A DNA stretch of 64,000 nucleotides, from the NCBI GenBank assembly GCA_053919585.1, contig CM132828.1; one strand, written 5' to 3'. The DNA comes from Euprymna scolopes. Its lineage: Eukaryota. A model generated the notes under the pieces. The model was not told the DNA's origin and made no database searches. It worked only from the letters and a program-made list of their open reading frames with translations. Positions 13,076 to 31,000 of this stretch are shown piece by piece. Numbering within the stretch: the stretch's first letter is position 1; each line of letters begins with the position of its first letter. A program made the position numbers and the translations under genes.

Positions 13076-16000
13076 ACTTAATAAATGATTGACTTTATTA
13101 CGTGTGAATAAATCTGCCACTTAATAAATGATTGACTTTATTACGTGTGAATAAATCTGCCATTTAATGATTGACTTTATGACGTGTGAATAAATCTGCC
13201 ACTTAATGATTGACTTTATTACGTGTTAATAAATCTGCCACTTAATAAATGATTGACTTTATTACGTGTGAATAAATCTGCCACTTAATAAATGATTGAC
13301 TTTATTACGTGTGAATAAATCTGCCACTTAATAAATGATTGACTTTATTACATGTGAATAATTCTGCCACTTAATAAATGATTGACTTTATTACATGTGA
13401 ATAAATCTGCCATTTAATAAATGATTGACTTTATTACATGTGAATAAATCTGCCACTTAATAAATGACTGACTTTATTACGTGTGAATAAATCTGCCACT
13501 TAATGATTGACTTTATTACGTGTGAATAAATCTGTCACTTAATAAATGATTGACTTTATTACGTGTGAATAAATCTGCCACTTAATAATGATTGATTTTA
13601 TTGCGTATGAATAAATCTGCCACTTAATACATGATTGACTTTATTACATGTGAATAAATCGATAACTTAATAAATGATTGACTTTATTACGTGTAAATAA
13701 ATCTGCCACTTAATAAATGATTGACTTTATTACGTGTGAATAAATCTGCCACTTAATAAATTATTGACTTTATTACGTGTGAATAAATCTGCCACTTAAT
13801 AGATGTTTGACTTTATTACATGTGAATACATCTGCCACTTAATAAATGATTGACTTTATTACGTGTGAATAAATCTGCCACTTAATGATTGACTTTATTA
13901 CGTGTGAATAAATCTGCCACTTAATAAATGATTGACTTTATTACGTGTGAATAAATCTGACCCTTAATAAATGATTGACTTTATTACGTGTGAATACATC
14001 TGCCACTTAATGATTGACTTTATTACGTGTGAATAAATCTGCCACTTAATAAATGATTGACTTTATTACGTGTGAATAAATCTGCCACTTTATAAATGAT
14101 TAATTTTATTACGTGTGAATAAATCTGCCGCTCAATAAATGATTGACTTTATTACATGTGACTACATCTGCCACTTAATAAATGATTGACTTTATTACGT
14201 GTGAATAAATCTGCCACTTAAGAAATGATTGACTTTATTACATGTGAATAAATCTGCCATTTTTAAGATAAATGATTGATTTTATTAGGTGTGAATAAAT
14301 CTGCCACTTAATAAATGATTGACTTTATTGTGTGTGAATAAATCTGCCACTCAATCATTGATTGACTTTATTACATGTGAATAAATCTGCCACTTAATAA
14401 ATGATTGACTTTATTACGTGTGAATAAATCTGCCACTTAATAAATTATTGATTTTTTTACGTGTGAATAAATCTGCCATTATTAAGATAAATGATTGACT
14501 TTATTACGTGTGAATAAATCTGCCACTTAATAAATGATTGACTTTATTACGTGTGAATAAATCTGCCACTCAATCAATGATTGACTTTATTACGTGTGAA
14601 TAAATCTGCCTCTTAATAAATGATTGACTTTATTGCGTGTGAATAAATCTGCCGCTTAATAAATGGTTGACTTTATTACATGTGAATAATTCTGCCACTT
14701 AATAAATGATTGACTTTATTACGTGTTAATAAATCTGCCACTAAATAATTGACTTTATTACGTGTGAATAAATCTGCTACTTAATAAATGATTGACTTTA
14801 TTACGTGTGAATAAATCTGCCACTTAATAAATGATTGACGTTATTACATGTGAATAAATCTGCCATTTAATAAATGATTGATTTTATTACATGTGAATAA
14901 ATCTGCCACTTAATAAATGATTGATTTTATTACATGTGAATAAATCTGCCACTTAATAAATGATTGCCTTTATTACCTGTGAATAAATCTGCCACCTAAT
15001 GATTGATTTTATTACATGTGAATAAATCTGCTACTTAATAAATGATTGACTTTATTACGTGTGAATAAATCTGCCACTTAATGATTGACTTTATTGCGTG
15101 TGAATAAATCTGCCCCTTAATAAATGATTGACTTTATTACGTGTTAATAAATCTGCCATTTAATAAATGATTGACTTTATTACATGTGAATAAATCTGCC
15201 ACTTAATAAATGATTGCCTTTATTACGTGTGAATAAATCTGCAACTTAATAAATGATTGACATTATTACGTGTGAATAAATCTGCCACTTAATAAATGAT
15301 TGACTTTATTACGTGTGAATAAATCTGCCATTTAATGATTGACTTTATTACGTGTGAATAAATCTGCCACTTAATGATTGACTTTATTACGTGTTAATAA
15401 ATCTGCCACTTAATAAATGATTGACTTTATTACGTGTGAATAAATCTGCCACTTAATAAATGATTGACTTTATTACGTGTGAATAAATCTGCCACTTAAT
15501 AAATGATTGACTTTATTACATGTGAATAATTCTGCCACTTAATAAATGATTGACTTTATTACATGTGAATAAATCTGCCATTTAATAAATGATTGACTTT
15601 ATTACATGTGAATAAATCTGCCACTTAATAAATGATTGACTTTATTACATGTTAATAAATCTCCCACTTAATAAATGATTGATTTTATTACGTGTGAATA
15701 AATCTGCTACTTAATAAATGATTGACTTTATTACGTGTGAATAAATCTGCCACTTAATGATTGACTTTATTACGTGTGAATAAATCTGTCACTTAATAAA
15801 TGATTGACTTTATTACGTGTGAATAAATCTGCCACTTAATAATGATTGATTTTATTGCGTATGAATAAATCTGCCACTTAATACATGATTGACTTTATTA
15901 CATGTGAATAAATCGATAACTTAATAAATGATTGACTTTATTACGTGTAAATAAATCTGCCACTTAATAAATGATTGACTTTATAACGTGTGAATAAATC

Positions 16001-19000
16001 TGCCACTTAATAAATGATTGACTTTATTACGTGTGAATAAATCTGCCACTTAATAGATGTTTGACTTTATTACATGTGAATAAATCTGCCACTTAATAAA
16101 TGATTGACTGTATTACGTGTGAATAAATCTGCCACTTAATGATTGACTTTATTACGTGTGAATAAATCTGCCACTTAATAAATGATTGACTTTATTACGT
16201 GTGAATAAATCTGCCCCTTAATAAATGATTGACTTTATTACGTGTGAATACATCTGCCACTTAATGATTGACTTTATTACGTGTGAATAAATCTGCCACT
16301 TAATAAATGATTGACTTTATTACGTGTGAATAAATCTGCCACTTTATAAATGATTAATTTTATTACGTGTGAATAAATCTGCCGCTCAATAAATGATTGA
16401 CTTTATTACATGTGAATACATCTGCCACTGAACAAATGATTGACATTATTGCGTGTGAATAAATCTGCCACTAAATAAATGATTGACTTTATTACGTGTG
16501 AATAAATTTGCCACTTAATAAATGATTGACTTTATTACGTGTGAATAAATCTGCCACTTAATAAATGATTGACTTTATTACATGTGAATAAATCTGCCAT
16601 TATTAAGATAAATGATTGACTTTATTAGGTGTGAATAAATCTGCAACTTAATAAATGATTGACTTTATTGTGTGTGAATAAATCTGCCACTCAATCAATG
16701 ATTGACTTTATTACATGTGAATAAATCTGCCACTTAATAAATGATTGACTTTATTACGTGTGAATAAATCTGCCACTTAATAAATGATTGACTTTATTAC
16801 GTGTGAATAAATCTGCCATTATTAAGATAAATGATTGACTTTATTACGTGTGAATAAATCTGCCACTTAATGAATGATTGACTTTATTGTGTGTGAATAA
16901 ATCTGCCACTCAATCAATGATTGACTTTATTACCTGTGAATAAATCTTCCACTTAATAAATGATTGACTTTATTGCGTGTGAATAAATCTGCCACTTAAT
17001 AAATGATTGACTGTATTACATGTGAATAAATCTGCCACTTAATAAATGATTGACTTTATTACGTGTGAATTAATCTGCCATTATTAAGATAAATGATTGA
17101 CTTTATTACGTGTGAATAAATCTGCCACTTAATGATTGACTTTATTACGTGTGAATAAATCTGCCACTTAATAAAGGATTGACTTTATTGCGTGTGAATA
17201 AATCTGCCACTTAATAAATGATTGCCTCTATTGCATGTGAATAAATCTGCCACTTAATAAATGATTGACTTTATTACGTGTGAATAAATCTGCCACTTAA
17301 TAAATGATTGACGTTATTACATGTGAATAAATCTGCCATTTAATAAATGATTGATTTTATTACATGTGAATAAATCTGCCACTTAATAAATGATTGATTT
17401 TATTACATGTGGATAAATCTGCCACTTTATAAATGATTGCCTTTATTACCTGTGAATAAATCTGCCACTTAATAAATGATTGATTTTATTACATGTGAAT
17501 AAATCTGCCTCTTAATAAATGATTGACTTTATTACGTGTGAATAAATCTGCCACTTAATAAATGATTGACTTTATTACGTGTGAATAAATCCGCCACTTA
17601 ATAAATGATTGACTTTATAACCTATGAATAAATCTGCAACTTAATAAATGATTGACTTTATTACATGTGAATAAATCTGCCACTTAATAAATGATTGATT
17701 TTATTACATGTGAATAAATCTGCCACTTAATAAATGATTGACTTTATTACGTGTGAATAAATCTGCCACTTAAGAAATGATTGAGGTTATTACATGTGAA
17801 TAAATCTGCCACTTAATAAATGATTGATTTTATTACATGTGAATAAATCTGCCACTTAATAAATGATTGACTTTATTACGTGTGAATAAATCTGCCACTT
17901 TATAAATGATTGACTTTATTACGTGTGAATAAATCCGCCACTTAACAAATTATTGACTTTATTACCTATGAATAAATCTGCCACTTCATAAATAATTGAC
18001 TTTATTACATGTGAATACATCTGCCACTAAATAAATGATTGACTTTATTACGTGTGAATAAATCTGCCACTTAATAAATTATTGACTTTATTACGTGTTA
18101 ATAAATCTGCCACTTAATAAATGATTGACTTTATTACATGTGAATAAATCTGCCACTTAATAAATGATTGACTTTATTGCGTGTGAATAAATCTGCCACT
18201 TAATAAATGATTGACTTTATTACGTGTGAATAAATCTGCCATTTAATAAATGATTGACTTTATTACATGTGAATAAATGTGCCACTTAATAAATGATTGA
18301 CTTTATTACGTGTGAATAAATCTGCCACTTAATAAATGATTGACTTTATTACGTGTGAATAAATCCGCCTCTTAATAAATGATTGACTTTATTGCGTGTG
18401 AATAAATCTGCCGCTTAATAAATGGTTGACTTTATTACATATGAATAAATCTGCCACTTAATAAATGATTGACTTTATTACGTGTGAATAAATCTGCCAC
18501 TTAATAATTGACTTTATTACGTGTGAATAAATCTGCTACTTAATAAATGATTGACTTTATTACGTGTGAATAAATCTGCCACTTAATAAATGATTGACGT
18601 TATTACATGTGAATAAATCTGCCATTTAATAAATGATTGATTTTATTACATGTGAATAAATCTGCCTCTTAATAAATGATTGATTTATTACGTGTGAATA
18701 AATCTGCCACTTAATAAATGATTGACTTTATTACGTGTGAATAAATCCGCCACTTAATAAATTATTGACTTTATAACCTATGAATAAATCTGCAACTTAA
18801 TAAATGATTGACTTTATTACATGTGAATAAATCTGCCACTTAATAAATGATTGACTTTATTACATGTGAATAAATCTGCCACTTAATAAATGATTGACTT
18901 TATTACGTGTGAATAAATCTGCCACTTAATAAATGATTGACGTTATTACATGTGAATAAATCTGCCACTTAATAAATGATTGATTTTATTACATGTGAAT

Positions 19001-22000
19001 AAATCTGCCACTTAATAAATGATTGACTTTATTACGTGTGAATAAATCTGCCACTTAATAAATGATTGACTTTATTACGTGTGAATAAATCCGCCACTTA
19101 ATAAATGATTGACTTTATTACCTATGAATAAATCTGCCACTTCATAAATAATTGACTTTATTACATGTGAATAAATCTGCCACTAAATAAATGATTGACT
19201 TTATTACGTGTGAATAAATCTGCCACTTAATAAATGATTGACTTTATTGCGTGTGAATAAATCTGCCACTTAATAAATGATTGACTTTATTACGTGTGAA
19301 TAAATCTGCCATTTAATAAATGATTGACTTTATTACATGTGAATAAATCTGCCACTTAATAAATGATTGACTTTATTACGTGTTAATAAATCTGCCACTT
19401 AATAAATGATTGACTTTATTACGTGTGAATAAATCTGCCTCTTAATAAATGATTGACTTTATTGCGTGTGAATAAATCTTCTGCTTAATAAATGGTTGAC
19501 TTTATTACATGTGAATAAATCTGCCACTTAATAAATGATTGACTTTATTACGTGTGAATAAATCTGCCACTTAATAATTGACTTTATTACGTGTGAATAA
19601 ATCTGCTACTTAATAAATGATTGACTTTATTACGTGTGAATAAATCTGCCACTTAATGATTGACTTTATTGCGTGTGAATAAATCTGCCCCTTAATAAAT
19701 GATTGACTTTATTACGTGTGAATAAATCTGCCATTTAATAAATGATTGACTTTATTACATGTGAATAAATCTGCCACTTAATAAATGATTGACTTTATTA
19801 CGTGTGAATAAATCTGCAACTTAATAAATGATTGACTTTATTACGTGTGAATAAATCTGCCACTTAATGATTGACTTTATTACGTGTGAATAAATCTGCC
19901 ATTTAATGATTGACTTTATTACGTGTGAATAAATCTGCCACTTAATAGATGTTTGACTTTATTACATGTGAATACATCTGCCACTTAATAAATGATTGAC
20001 TTTATTACGTGTGAATAAATCTGCCACTTAATAATTGACTTTATTACGTGTTAATAAATCTGCTACTTAATAAATGATTGACTTTATTACGTGTGAATAA
20101 ATCTGCCACTTAATGATTGACTTTATTACGTGTGAATAAATCTGCCACTTAATAAATGATTGACTTTATTACATGTGAATAATTCTGCCACTTAATAAAT
20201 GATTGACTTTATTACATGTGAATAAATCTGCCACTTAATAAATGATTGACTTTATTACATGTGAATAAATCTGCCACTTAATAAATGATTGACTTTATTA
20301 CATGTGAATAAATCTCCCACTTAATAAATGATTGATTTTATTACGTGTAAATAAATCTGCCACTTAATAAATGATTGACTTTATTACGTGTGAATAAATC
20401 TGCCACTTAATGATTGACTTTATTACGTGTGAATAAATCTGTCACTTAATAAATGATTGACTTTATTACGTGTGAATAAATCTGCCACTTAATAATGATT
20501 GATTTTATTGCGTGTGAATAAATCTGCCACTTAATACATGATTGACTTTATTACATGTGAATAAATCGATAACTTAATAAATGATTGACTTTATTACGTG
20601 TAAATAAATCTGCCACTTAATAAATGATTGACTTTATTACGTGTGAATAAATCTGCCACTTAATAAATGATTGACTTTATTACGTGTGAATAAATCTGCC
20701 ACTTAATAGATGTTTGACTTTATTACATGTGAATAAATCTGCCACTTAATAAATGATTGACTTATTACGTGTGAATAAATCTGCCACTTAATGATTGACT
20801 TTATTACGTGTGAATAAATGTGCCACTTAATAAATGATTGACTTTATTACGTGTGAATAAATCTGCCCCTTAATAAATGATTGACTTTATTACGTGTGAA
20901 TACATCTGCCACTTTATGATTGACTTTATTACGTGTGAATAAATCGGCCACTTAATAAATGATTGACTTTATTACGTGTGAATAAATCTGCCACTTTATA
21001 AATGATTAATTTTATTACGTGTGAATAAATCTGCCGCTCAATAAATGATTGACTTTATTACATGATAATACATCTGCCACTAAACAAATGATTGACTTTA
21101 TTGCGTGTGAATAAATCTGCTACTTAATAAATGATTGACATTATTACGTGTGAATAAATTTGCCACTTAATAAATGATTGACTTTATTACGTGTGAATAA
21201 ATCTGCCACTTAATAAATGATTGACTTTATTACATGTGAATAAATCTGCCATTTTTAAGATAAATGATTGACTTTATTAGGTGTGAATAAATCTGCCACT
21301 TAATAAATGATTGACTTTATTGTGTGTGAATAAATCTGCCACTCAATCAATGATTGACTTTATTACATGTGAATAAATCTGCCACTTGATAAATGATTGA
21401 CTTTATTACGTGTGATTAAATCTGCCACTTAATAAATTATTGACTTTATTACGTGTGAATAAATCTGCCATTATTAAGATAAATGATTGACTTTATTACG
21501 TGTGAATAAATCTGCCACTTAATGAATGATTGACTTTATTGTGTGTGAATAAATCTGCCACTCAATCAATGATTGACTTTATTACCTGTGAATAAATCTG
21601 CCACTTAATAAATGATTGACTTTATTACGTGTGAATAAATCTGCCACTTAATAAATGATTGACTTTATTACATGTGAATAAATCTGCCACTAAATAAATG
21701 ATTGACTTTATTACGTGTGAATAAATCTGCCACTTAATGATTGACTTTATTACGTGTGAATAAATCTGCCACTTAATTTAATGATTGACTTTATTACGTG
21801 TGAATAAATCTGCCCCTTAATAAATGATTGACTTTATTACGTGTGAATACATCTGCCACTTAATGATTGACTTTATTACGTGTGAATAAATCTGCCACTT
21901 AATAAATGATTGACTTTATTACGTGTGAATAAATCTGCCACTTTATAAATGATTAATTTTATTACGTGTGAATAAATCTGCCGCTCAATAAATGATTGAC

Positions 22001-25000
22001 TTTATTACATGTGAATACATCTGCCACTTAACAAATGATTGACTTTATTGCGTGTGAATCAATCTGCCACTTAATAAATGATTGACTTTATTACGTGTGA
22101 ATAAATTTGCCACTTAATAAATGATTGACTTTATTACGTGTGAATAAATCTGCCACTTAATAAATGATTGACTTTATTACATGTGAATAAATCTGCCATT
22201 TTTAAGATAAATGATTGACTTTATTAGGTGTGAATAAATCTGCCACTTAATAAATGATTGACTTTATTGTGTGTGAATAAAACTGCCACTCAATCAATGA
22301 TTGACTTTATTACATGTGAATAAATCTGCCACTTAATAAATGATTGACTTTATTACGTGTGAATAAATCTGCCATTATTAAGATAAATGATTGACTTTAT
22401 TACGTGTGAATAAATCTGCCACTTAATGAATGATTGACTTTATTGTGTGTGAATAAATCTGCCACTCAATCAATGAATGACTTTATTACCTGTGAATAAA
22501 TCTGCCACTTAATAAATGATTGACTTTATTGCGTGTGAATAAATCTGCCACTTAATAAATGATTGACTTTATTACATGTGAATAAATCTGCCACTTAATA
22601 AATGATTGACTTTATTACGTGTGAATAAATCTGCCATTATTAAGATAAATGATTGACTTTATTACGTGTGAATAAATCTGCCACTTAATGATTGACTTTA
22701 TTACGTGTGAATAAATCTGCCACTTAATAAATGATTGACTTTATTGCGTGTGAATAAATCTGCCACTTAATAAATGATTGCCTCTATTGCATGTGAATAA
22801 ATCTGCCACTTAATAAATGATTGACTTTATTACGTGTGAATAAATCTGCCACTTAATAAATTATTGACGTGTTTACATGTGAATAAATCGGCCACTAAAT
22901 AAATGATTGATTTTATTACATGTGAATAAATCTGCCACTTAATAAATGATTGATTTTATTACATGTGAATAAATCTGCCATTTAATAAATGATTGCCTTT
23001 ATTACCTGTGAATAAATCTGCCACTTAATAAATGATTGATTTTATTACATGTGAATAAATCTGCCTCTTAATAAATGATTGACTTTATTACGTGTGAATA
23101 AATCTGCCACTTAATAAATGATTGACTTTATTACGTGTGAATAAATCCGCCACTTAATAAATGATTGATTTTGTTACCTATGAATAAATCTGCCACTTAA
23201 TAAATGATTGACTTTATTACATGTGAATAAATCTGCAACTTAATAAATGATTGATTTTATTACATGTGAAAAATCTGCCACTTAATAAATGATTGACTTT
23301 ATTATGTGTGAATAAATCTGCCACATAATAAATGATTGACGTTATTACATGTGAATAAATCTGCCACTTTATAAATGATTGATTTTATTACATGTGGATA
23401 AATCTGCCACTTAATAAATGATTGACTTTATTACGTGTGAATAAATCTGCCACTTAATAAATGATTGACTTTATTACGTGTGAATAAATCCGTCACTTAA
23501 TAAATTATTGACTTTATTACCTATGAATAAATCTGCCACTTCATAAATGATTGACTTTATTACATGTGAATAAATCTGCCACTTAATAAATGATTGACTT
23601 TATTACATGTGAAAAAATATGCCACTTAATAAATGATTGATTTTATTACATGTGAATAAATCTGCCACTTTATAAATGATTGATTTTATTACATGTGAAT
23701 AAATCTGCCACTTAATAAATGATTGATTTTATTACCTGTTAATAAATCTGCCACTTAATAAATGATTGACTTTATTACATGTGAATAAATCTGCCACTTA
23801 ATAAATGATTGACTTTATTACGTGTGAATAAATCTGCAACTTAATAAATGATTGACTTTATTACGTGTGAATAAATCTTCCACTTAATAAATGATTGCCT
23901 TTATTACGTGTGAATAAAGCCGCCACTTAATAAATGATTGACTTTATTACGTGTGAATAAATCTGCCACTTAATAAATGATTGACTTTATTACGTGTGAA
24001 TAAATCTGCCACTTAATAAATTATTGACATTTACATGTAAACAAATCTGCCACTTAATAAATGATTGACTTTATTACGTGTGAATAAATCTGCCACTTAA
24101 TAAATGATTGACTTTATTACATGTAAAGAAATCTGCCACTTAATAAATGATTGACTTTATTACGTGTGAATAAATCTGCTACTTAATAAATGATTGACTT
24201 TATTACGTGTGAATAAATCTGCCATTATCAAGATAAATGATTGACTTTATTACATGTGAATAAATCTGCCACTTAATAAATGATTGACTTTATTACATGT
24301 GAATAAATCTGCCACTTCATAAATGATTGACTTTATTACATGTGAATAAATCTGCTACTTTATAAATGATTGACTTTATTACATGTGAATAAATCTGCCA
24401 CTTAATAAATGATTGACTTTATTACGTGTGAATAAATCTGCCACTTAATACATGATTGATTTTATTACGTGTGAATAAATTTGCCACTTAATAAATGATT
24501 GATTTTATTACGTGTGAATAAATCTGCCACTTAATAAATGATTGATTTTATTACATGTGAATAAATCTGCCATTATTAAGATAAATGATTGACTTTATTA
24601 CGTGTGAATAAATCTGCCACTTAATAAATGATTGACTTTATTATTTGTGAATAAATCTGCCACTTAATAAATGATTGACTTTATTACATGTGAATAAATC
24701 TGCCACTTAATAAATGATTGATTTTATTACGTGTGAATAAATCTGCCACTTAATAAATGATTGATTTTATTACATGTGAATAAATCTGCCACTTAATAAA
24801 TGATTGACTTTATTACGTGTGAATAAATCTATCACTTAATAAATGATTGATTTTATTACGTGTGAATAAATCTGCCACTTAATAAATGATTGATTTTATT
24901 ACATGTGAATAAATCTGCCATTATAAAGATAAATGATTGACTTTATTACGTGTGAATAAATCTGCCACTTAATAAATGTTTGACTTTATTACGTGTGAAT

Positions 25001-28000
25001 AAATCTGCCACTTAATAAATGAATGATTTTATTACATGTGAATAAATCTGCCATTATAAAGATAAATGATTGACTTTATTACATGTGAATAAATCTGCCA
25101 CTTAATAAATGATTGACTTTATTACGTGTGAATAAATCTGCCACTTAATAAATGATTGACTTTATTACATGTGAATAAATCTGCTACTTAATTAATGATT
25201 GACTTTATTACATGTGAATAAATCTCCCACTTAATAAATGATTGATTTTATTACGTGTGAATAAATCTGCTACTTAATAAATTATTGACTTTATTACGTG
25301 TGAATAAATCTGCCACTTAATGATTGACTTTATTACGTGTGAATAAATCTGTCACTTAATGAATGATTGACTTTATTACGTGTGAATAAATCTGACACTT
25401 AATAATGATTGATTTTATTGCGTATGAATAAATCTGCCACTTAATACATGATTGACTTTATTACATGTGAATAAATCGATAACTTAATAAATGATTGACT
25501 TTATTACGTGTAAATAAATCTGCCACTTAATAAATGATTGACTTTATTACGTGTGAATAAATCTGCCACTTAATAAATGATTGACTTTATTACGTGTGAA
25601 TAAATCTGCCACTTAATAAATGATTGACTTTATTACGTGTGAATAAATCTGCCACTTAATAAATGATTGACTTTATTACGTGTGAATAAATCTGCCACTT
25701 AATAAATGATTGACTTTATTACGTGTGAATAAATCTGCCATTTAATGATTGACTTTATGACGTGTGAATAAATCTGCCACTTAATGATTGACTTTATTAC
25801 GTGTTAATAAATCTGCCACTTAATAAATGATTGACTTTATTACGTGTGAATAAATCTGCCACTTAATAAATGATTGACTTTATTACGTGTGAATAAATCT
25901 GCCACTTAATAAATGATTGACTTTATTACATGTGAATAATTCTGCCACTTAATAAATGATTGACTTTATTACATGTGAATAAATCTGCCATTTAATAAAT
26001 GATTGACTTTATTACATGTGAATAAATCTGCCACTTAATAAATGACTGACTTTATTACGTGTGAATAAATCTGCCACTTAATGATTGACTTTATTACGTG
26101 TGAATAAATCTGTCACTTAATAAATGATTGACTTTATTACGTGTGAATAAATCTGCCACTTAATAATGATTGATTTTATTGCGTATGAATAAATCTGCCA
26201 CTTAATACATGATTGACTTTATTACATGTGAATAAATCGATAACTTAATAAATGATTGACTTTATTACGTGTAAATAAATCTGCCACTTAATAAATGATT
26301 GACTTTATTACGTGTGAATAAATCTGCCACTTAATAAATTATTGACTTTATTACGTGTGAATAAATCTGCCACTTAATAGATGTTTGACTTTATTACATG
26401 TGAATACATCTGCCACTTAATAAATGATTGACTTTATTACGTGTGAATAAATCTGCCACTTAATGATTGACTTTATTACGTGTGAATAAATCTGCCACTT
26501 AATAAATGATTGACTTTATTACGTGTGAATAAATCTGACCCTTAATAAATGATTGACTTTATTACGTGTGAATACATCTGCCACTTAATGATTGACTTTA
26601 TTACGTGTGAATAAATCTGCCACTTAATAAATGATTGACTTTATTACGTGTGAATAAATCTGCCACTTTATAAATGATTAATTTTATTACGTGTGAATAA
26701 ATCTGCCGCTCAATAAATGATTGACTTTATTACATGTGACTACATCTGCCACTTAATAAATGATTGACTTTATTACGTGTGAATAAATCTGCCACTTAAG
26801 AAATGATTGACTTTATTACATGTGAATAAATCTGCCATTTTTAAGATAAATGATTGATTTTATTAGGTGTGAATAAATCTGCCACTTAATAAATGATTGA
26901 CTTTATTGTGTGTGATTCAATCTGCCACTCAATCATTGATTGACTTTATTACATGTGAATAAATCTGCCACTTAATAAATGATTGACTTTATTACGTGTG
27001 AATAAATCTGCCACTTAATAAATTATTGATTTTTTTACGTGTGAATAAATCTGCCATTATTAAGATAAATGATTGACTTTATTACGTGTGAATAAATCTG
27101 CCACTTAATAAATGATTGACTTTATTACGTGTGAATAAATCTGCCACTCAATCAATGATTGACTTTATTACGTGTGAATAAATCTGCCTCTTAATAAATG
27201 ATTGACTTTATTGCGTGTGAATAAATCTGCCGCTTAATAAATGGTTGACTTTATTACATGTGAATAATTCTGCCACTTAATAAATGATTGACTTTATTAC
27301 GTGTTAATAAATCTGCCACTAAATAATTGACTTTATTACGTGTGAATAAATCTGCTACTTAATAAATGATTGACTTTATTACGTGTGAATAAATCTGCCA
27401 CTTAATAAATGATTGACGTTATTACATGTGAATAAATCTGCCATTTAATAAATGATTGATTTTATTACATGTGAATAAATCTGCCACTTAATAAATGATT
27501 GATTTTATTACATGTGAATAAATCTGCCACTTAATAAATGATTGCCTTTATTACCTGTGAATAAATCTGCCACCTAATGATTGATTTTATTACATGTGAA
27601 TAAATCTGCTACTTAATAAATGATTGACTTTATTACGTGTGAATAAATCTGCCACTTAATGATTGACTTTATTGCGTGTGAATAAATCTGCCCCTTAATA
27701 AATGATTGACTTTATTACGTGTTAATAAATCTGCCATTTAATAAATGATTGACTTTATTACATGTGAATAAATCTGCCACTTAATAAATGATTGCCTTTA
27801 TTACGTGTGAATAAATCTGCAACTTAATAAATGATTGACATTATTACGTGTGAATAAATCTGCCACTTAATAAATGATTGACTTTATTACGTGTGAATAA
27901 ATCTGCCATTTAATGATTGACTTTATTACGTGTGAATAAATCTGCCACTTAATGATTGACTTTATTACGTGTTAATAAATCTGCCACTTAATAAATGATT

Positions 28001-31000
28001 GACTTTATTACGTGTGAATAAATCTGCCACTTAATAAATGATTGACTTTATTACGTGTGAATAAATCTGCCACTTAATAAATGATTGACTTTATTACATG
28101 TGAATAATTCTGCCACTTAATAAATGATTGACTTTATTACATGTGAATAAATCTGCCATTTAATAAATGATTGACTTTATTACATGTGAATAAATCTGCC
28201 ACTTAATAAATGATTGACTTTATTACATGTTAATAAATCTCCCACTTAATAAATGATTGATTTTATTACGTGTGAATAAATCTGCTACTTAATAAATGAT
28301 TGACTTTATTACGTGTGAATAAATCTGCCACTTAATGATTGACTTTATTACGTGTGAATAAATCTGTCACTTAATAAATGATTGACTTTATTACGTGTGA
28401 ATAAATCTGCCACTTAATAATGATTGATTTTATTGCGTATGAATAAATCTGCCACTTAATACATGATTGACTTTATTACATGTGAATAAATCGATAACTT
28501 AATAAATGATTGACTTTATTACGTGTAAATAAATCTGCCACTTAATAAATGATTGACTTTATAACGTGTGAATAAATCTGCCACTTAATAAATGATTGAC
28601 TTTATTACGTGTGAATAAATCTGCCACTTAATAGATGTTTGACTTTATTACATGTGAATAAATCTGCCACTTAATAAATGATTGACTGTATTACGTGTGA
28701 ATAAATCTGCCACTTAATGATTGACTTTATTACGTGTGAATAAATCTGCCACTTAATAAATGATTGACTTTATTACGTGTGAATAAATCTGCCCCTTAAT
28801 AAATGATTGACTTTATTACGTGTGAATACATCTGCCACTTAATGATTGACTTTATTACGTGTGAATAAATCTGCCACTTAATAAATGATTGACTTTATTA
28901 CGTGTGAATAAATCTGCCACTTTATAAATGATTAATTTTATTACGTGTGAATAAATCTGCCGCTCAATAAATGATTGACTTTATTACATGTGAATACATC
29001 TGCCACTGAACAAATGATTGACATTATTGCGTGTGAATAAATCTGCCACTAAATAAATGATTGACTTTATTACGTGTGAATAAATTTGCCACTTAATAAA
29101 TGATTGACTTTATTACGTGTGAATAAATCTGCCACTTAATAAATGATTGACTTTATTACATGTGAATAAATCTGCCATTATTAAGATAAATGATTGACTT
29201 TATTAGGTGTGAATAAATCTGCAACTTAATAAATGATTGACTTTATTGTGTGTGAATAAATCTGCCACTCAATCAATGATTGACTTTATTACATGTGAAT
29301 AAATCTGCCACTTAATAAATGATTGACTTTATTACGTGTGAATAAATCTGCCACTTAATAAATGATTGACTTTATTACGTGTGAATAAATCTGCCATTAT
29401 TAAGATAAATGATTGACTTTATTACGTGTGAATAAATCTGCCACTTAATGAATGATTGACTTTATTGTGTGTGAATAAATCTGCCACTCAATCAATGATT
29501 GACTTTATTACCTGTGAATAAATCTTCCACTTAATAAATGATTGACTTTATTGCGTGTGAATAAATCTGCCACTTAATAAATGATTGACTGTATTACATG
29601 TGAATAAATCTGCCACTTAATAAATGATTGACTTTATTACGTGTGAATTAATCTGCCATTATTAAGATAAATGATTGACTTTATTACGTGTGAATAAATC
29701 TGCCACTTAATGATTGACTTTATTACGTGTGAATAAATCTGCCACTTAATAAAGGATTGACTTTATTGCGTGTGAATAAATCTGCCACTTAATAAATGAT
29801 TGCCTCTATTGCATGTGAATAAATCTGCCACTTAATAAATGATTGACTTTATTACGTGTGAATAAATCTGCCACTTAATAAATGATTGACGTTATTACAT
29901 GTGAATAAATCTGCCATTTAATAAATGATTGATTTTATTACATGTGAATAAATCTGCCACTTAATAAATGATTGATTTTATTACATGTGGATAAATCTGC
30001 CACTTTATAAATGATTGCCTTTATTACCTGTGAATAAATCTGCCACTTAATAAATGATTGATTTTATTACATGTGAATAAATCTGCCTCTTAATAAATGA
30101 TTGACTTTATTACGTGTGAATAAATCTGCCACTTAATAAATGATTGACTTTATTACGTGTGAATAAATCCGCCACTTAATAAATGATTGACTTTATAACC
30201 TATGAATAAATCTGCAACTTAATAAATGATTGACTTTATTACATGTGAATAAATCTGCCACTTAATAAATGATTGATTTTATTACATGTGAATAAATCTG
30301 CCACTTAATAAATGATTGACTTTATTACGTGTGAATAAATCTGCCACTTAAGAAATGATTGAGGTTATTACATGTGAATAAATCTGCCACTTAATAAATG
30401 ATTGATTTTATTACATGTGAATAAATCTGCCACTTAATAAATGATTGACTTTATTACGTGTGAATAAATCTGCCACTTTATAAATGATTGACTTTATTAC
30501 GTGTGAATAAATCCGCCACTTAACAAATTATTGACTTTATTACCTATGAATAAATCTGCCACTTCATAAATAATTGACTTTATTACATGTGAATACATCT
30601 GCCACTAAATAAATGATTGACTTTATTACGTGTGAATAAATCTGCCACTTAATAAATTATTGACTTTATTACGTGTTAATAAATCTGCCACTTAATAAAT
30701 GATTGACTTTATTACATGTGAATAAATCTGCCACTTAATAAATGATTGACTTTATTGCGTGTGAATAAATCTGCCACTTAATAAATGATTGACTTTATTA
30801 CGTGTGAATAAATCTGCCATTTAATAAATGATTGACTTTATTACATGTGAATAAATGTGCCACTTAATAAATGATTGACTTTATTACGTGTGAATAAATC
30901 TGCCACTAAATAAATGATTGACTTTATTACGTGTGAATAAATCCGCCTCTTAATAAATGATTGACTTTATTGCGTGTGAATAAATCTGCCGCTTAATAAA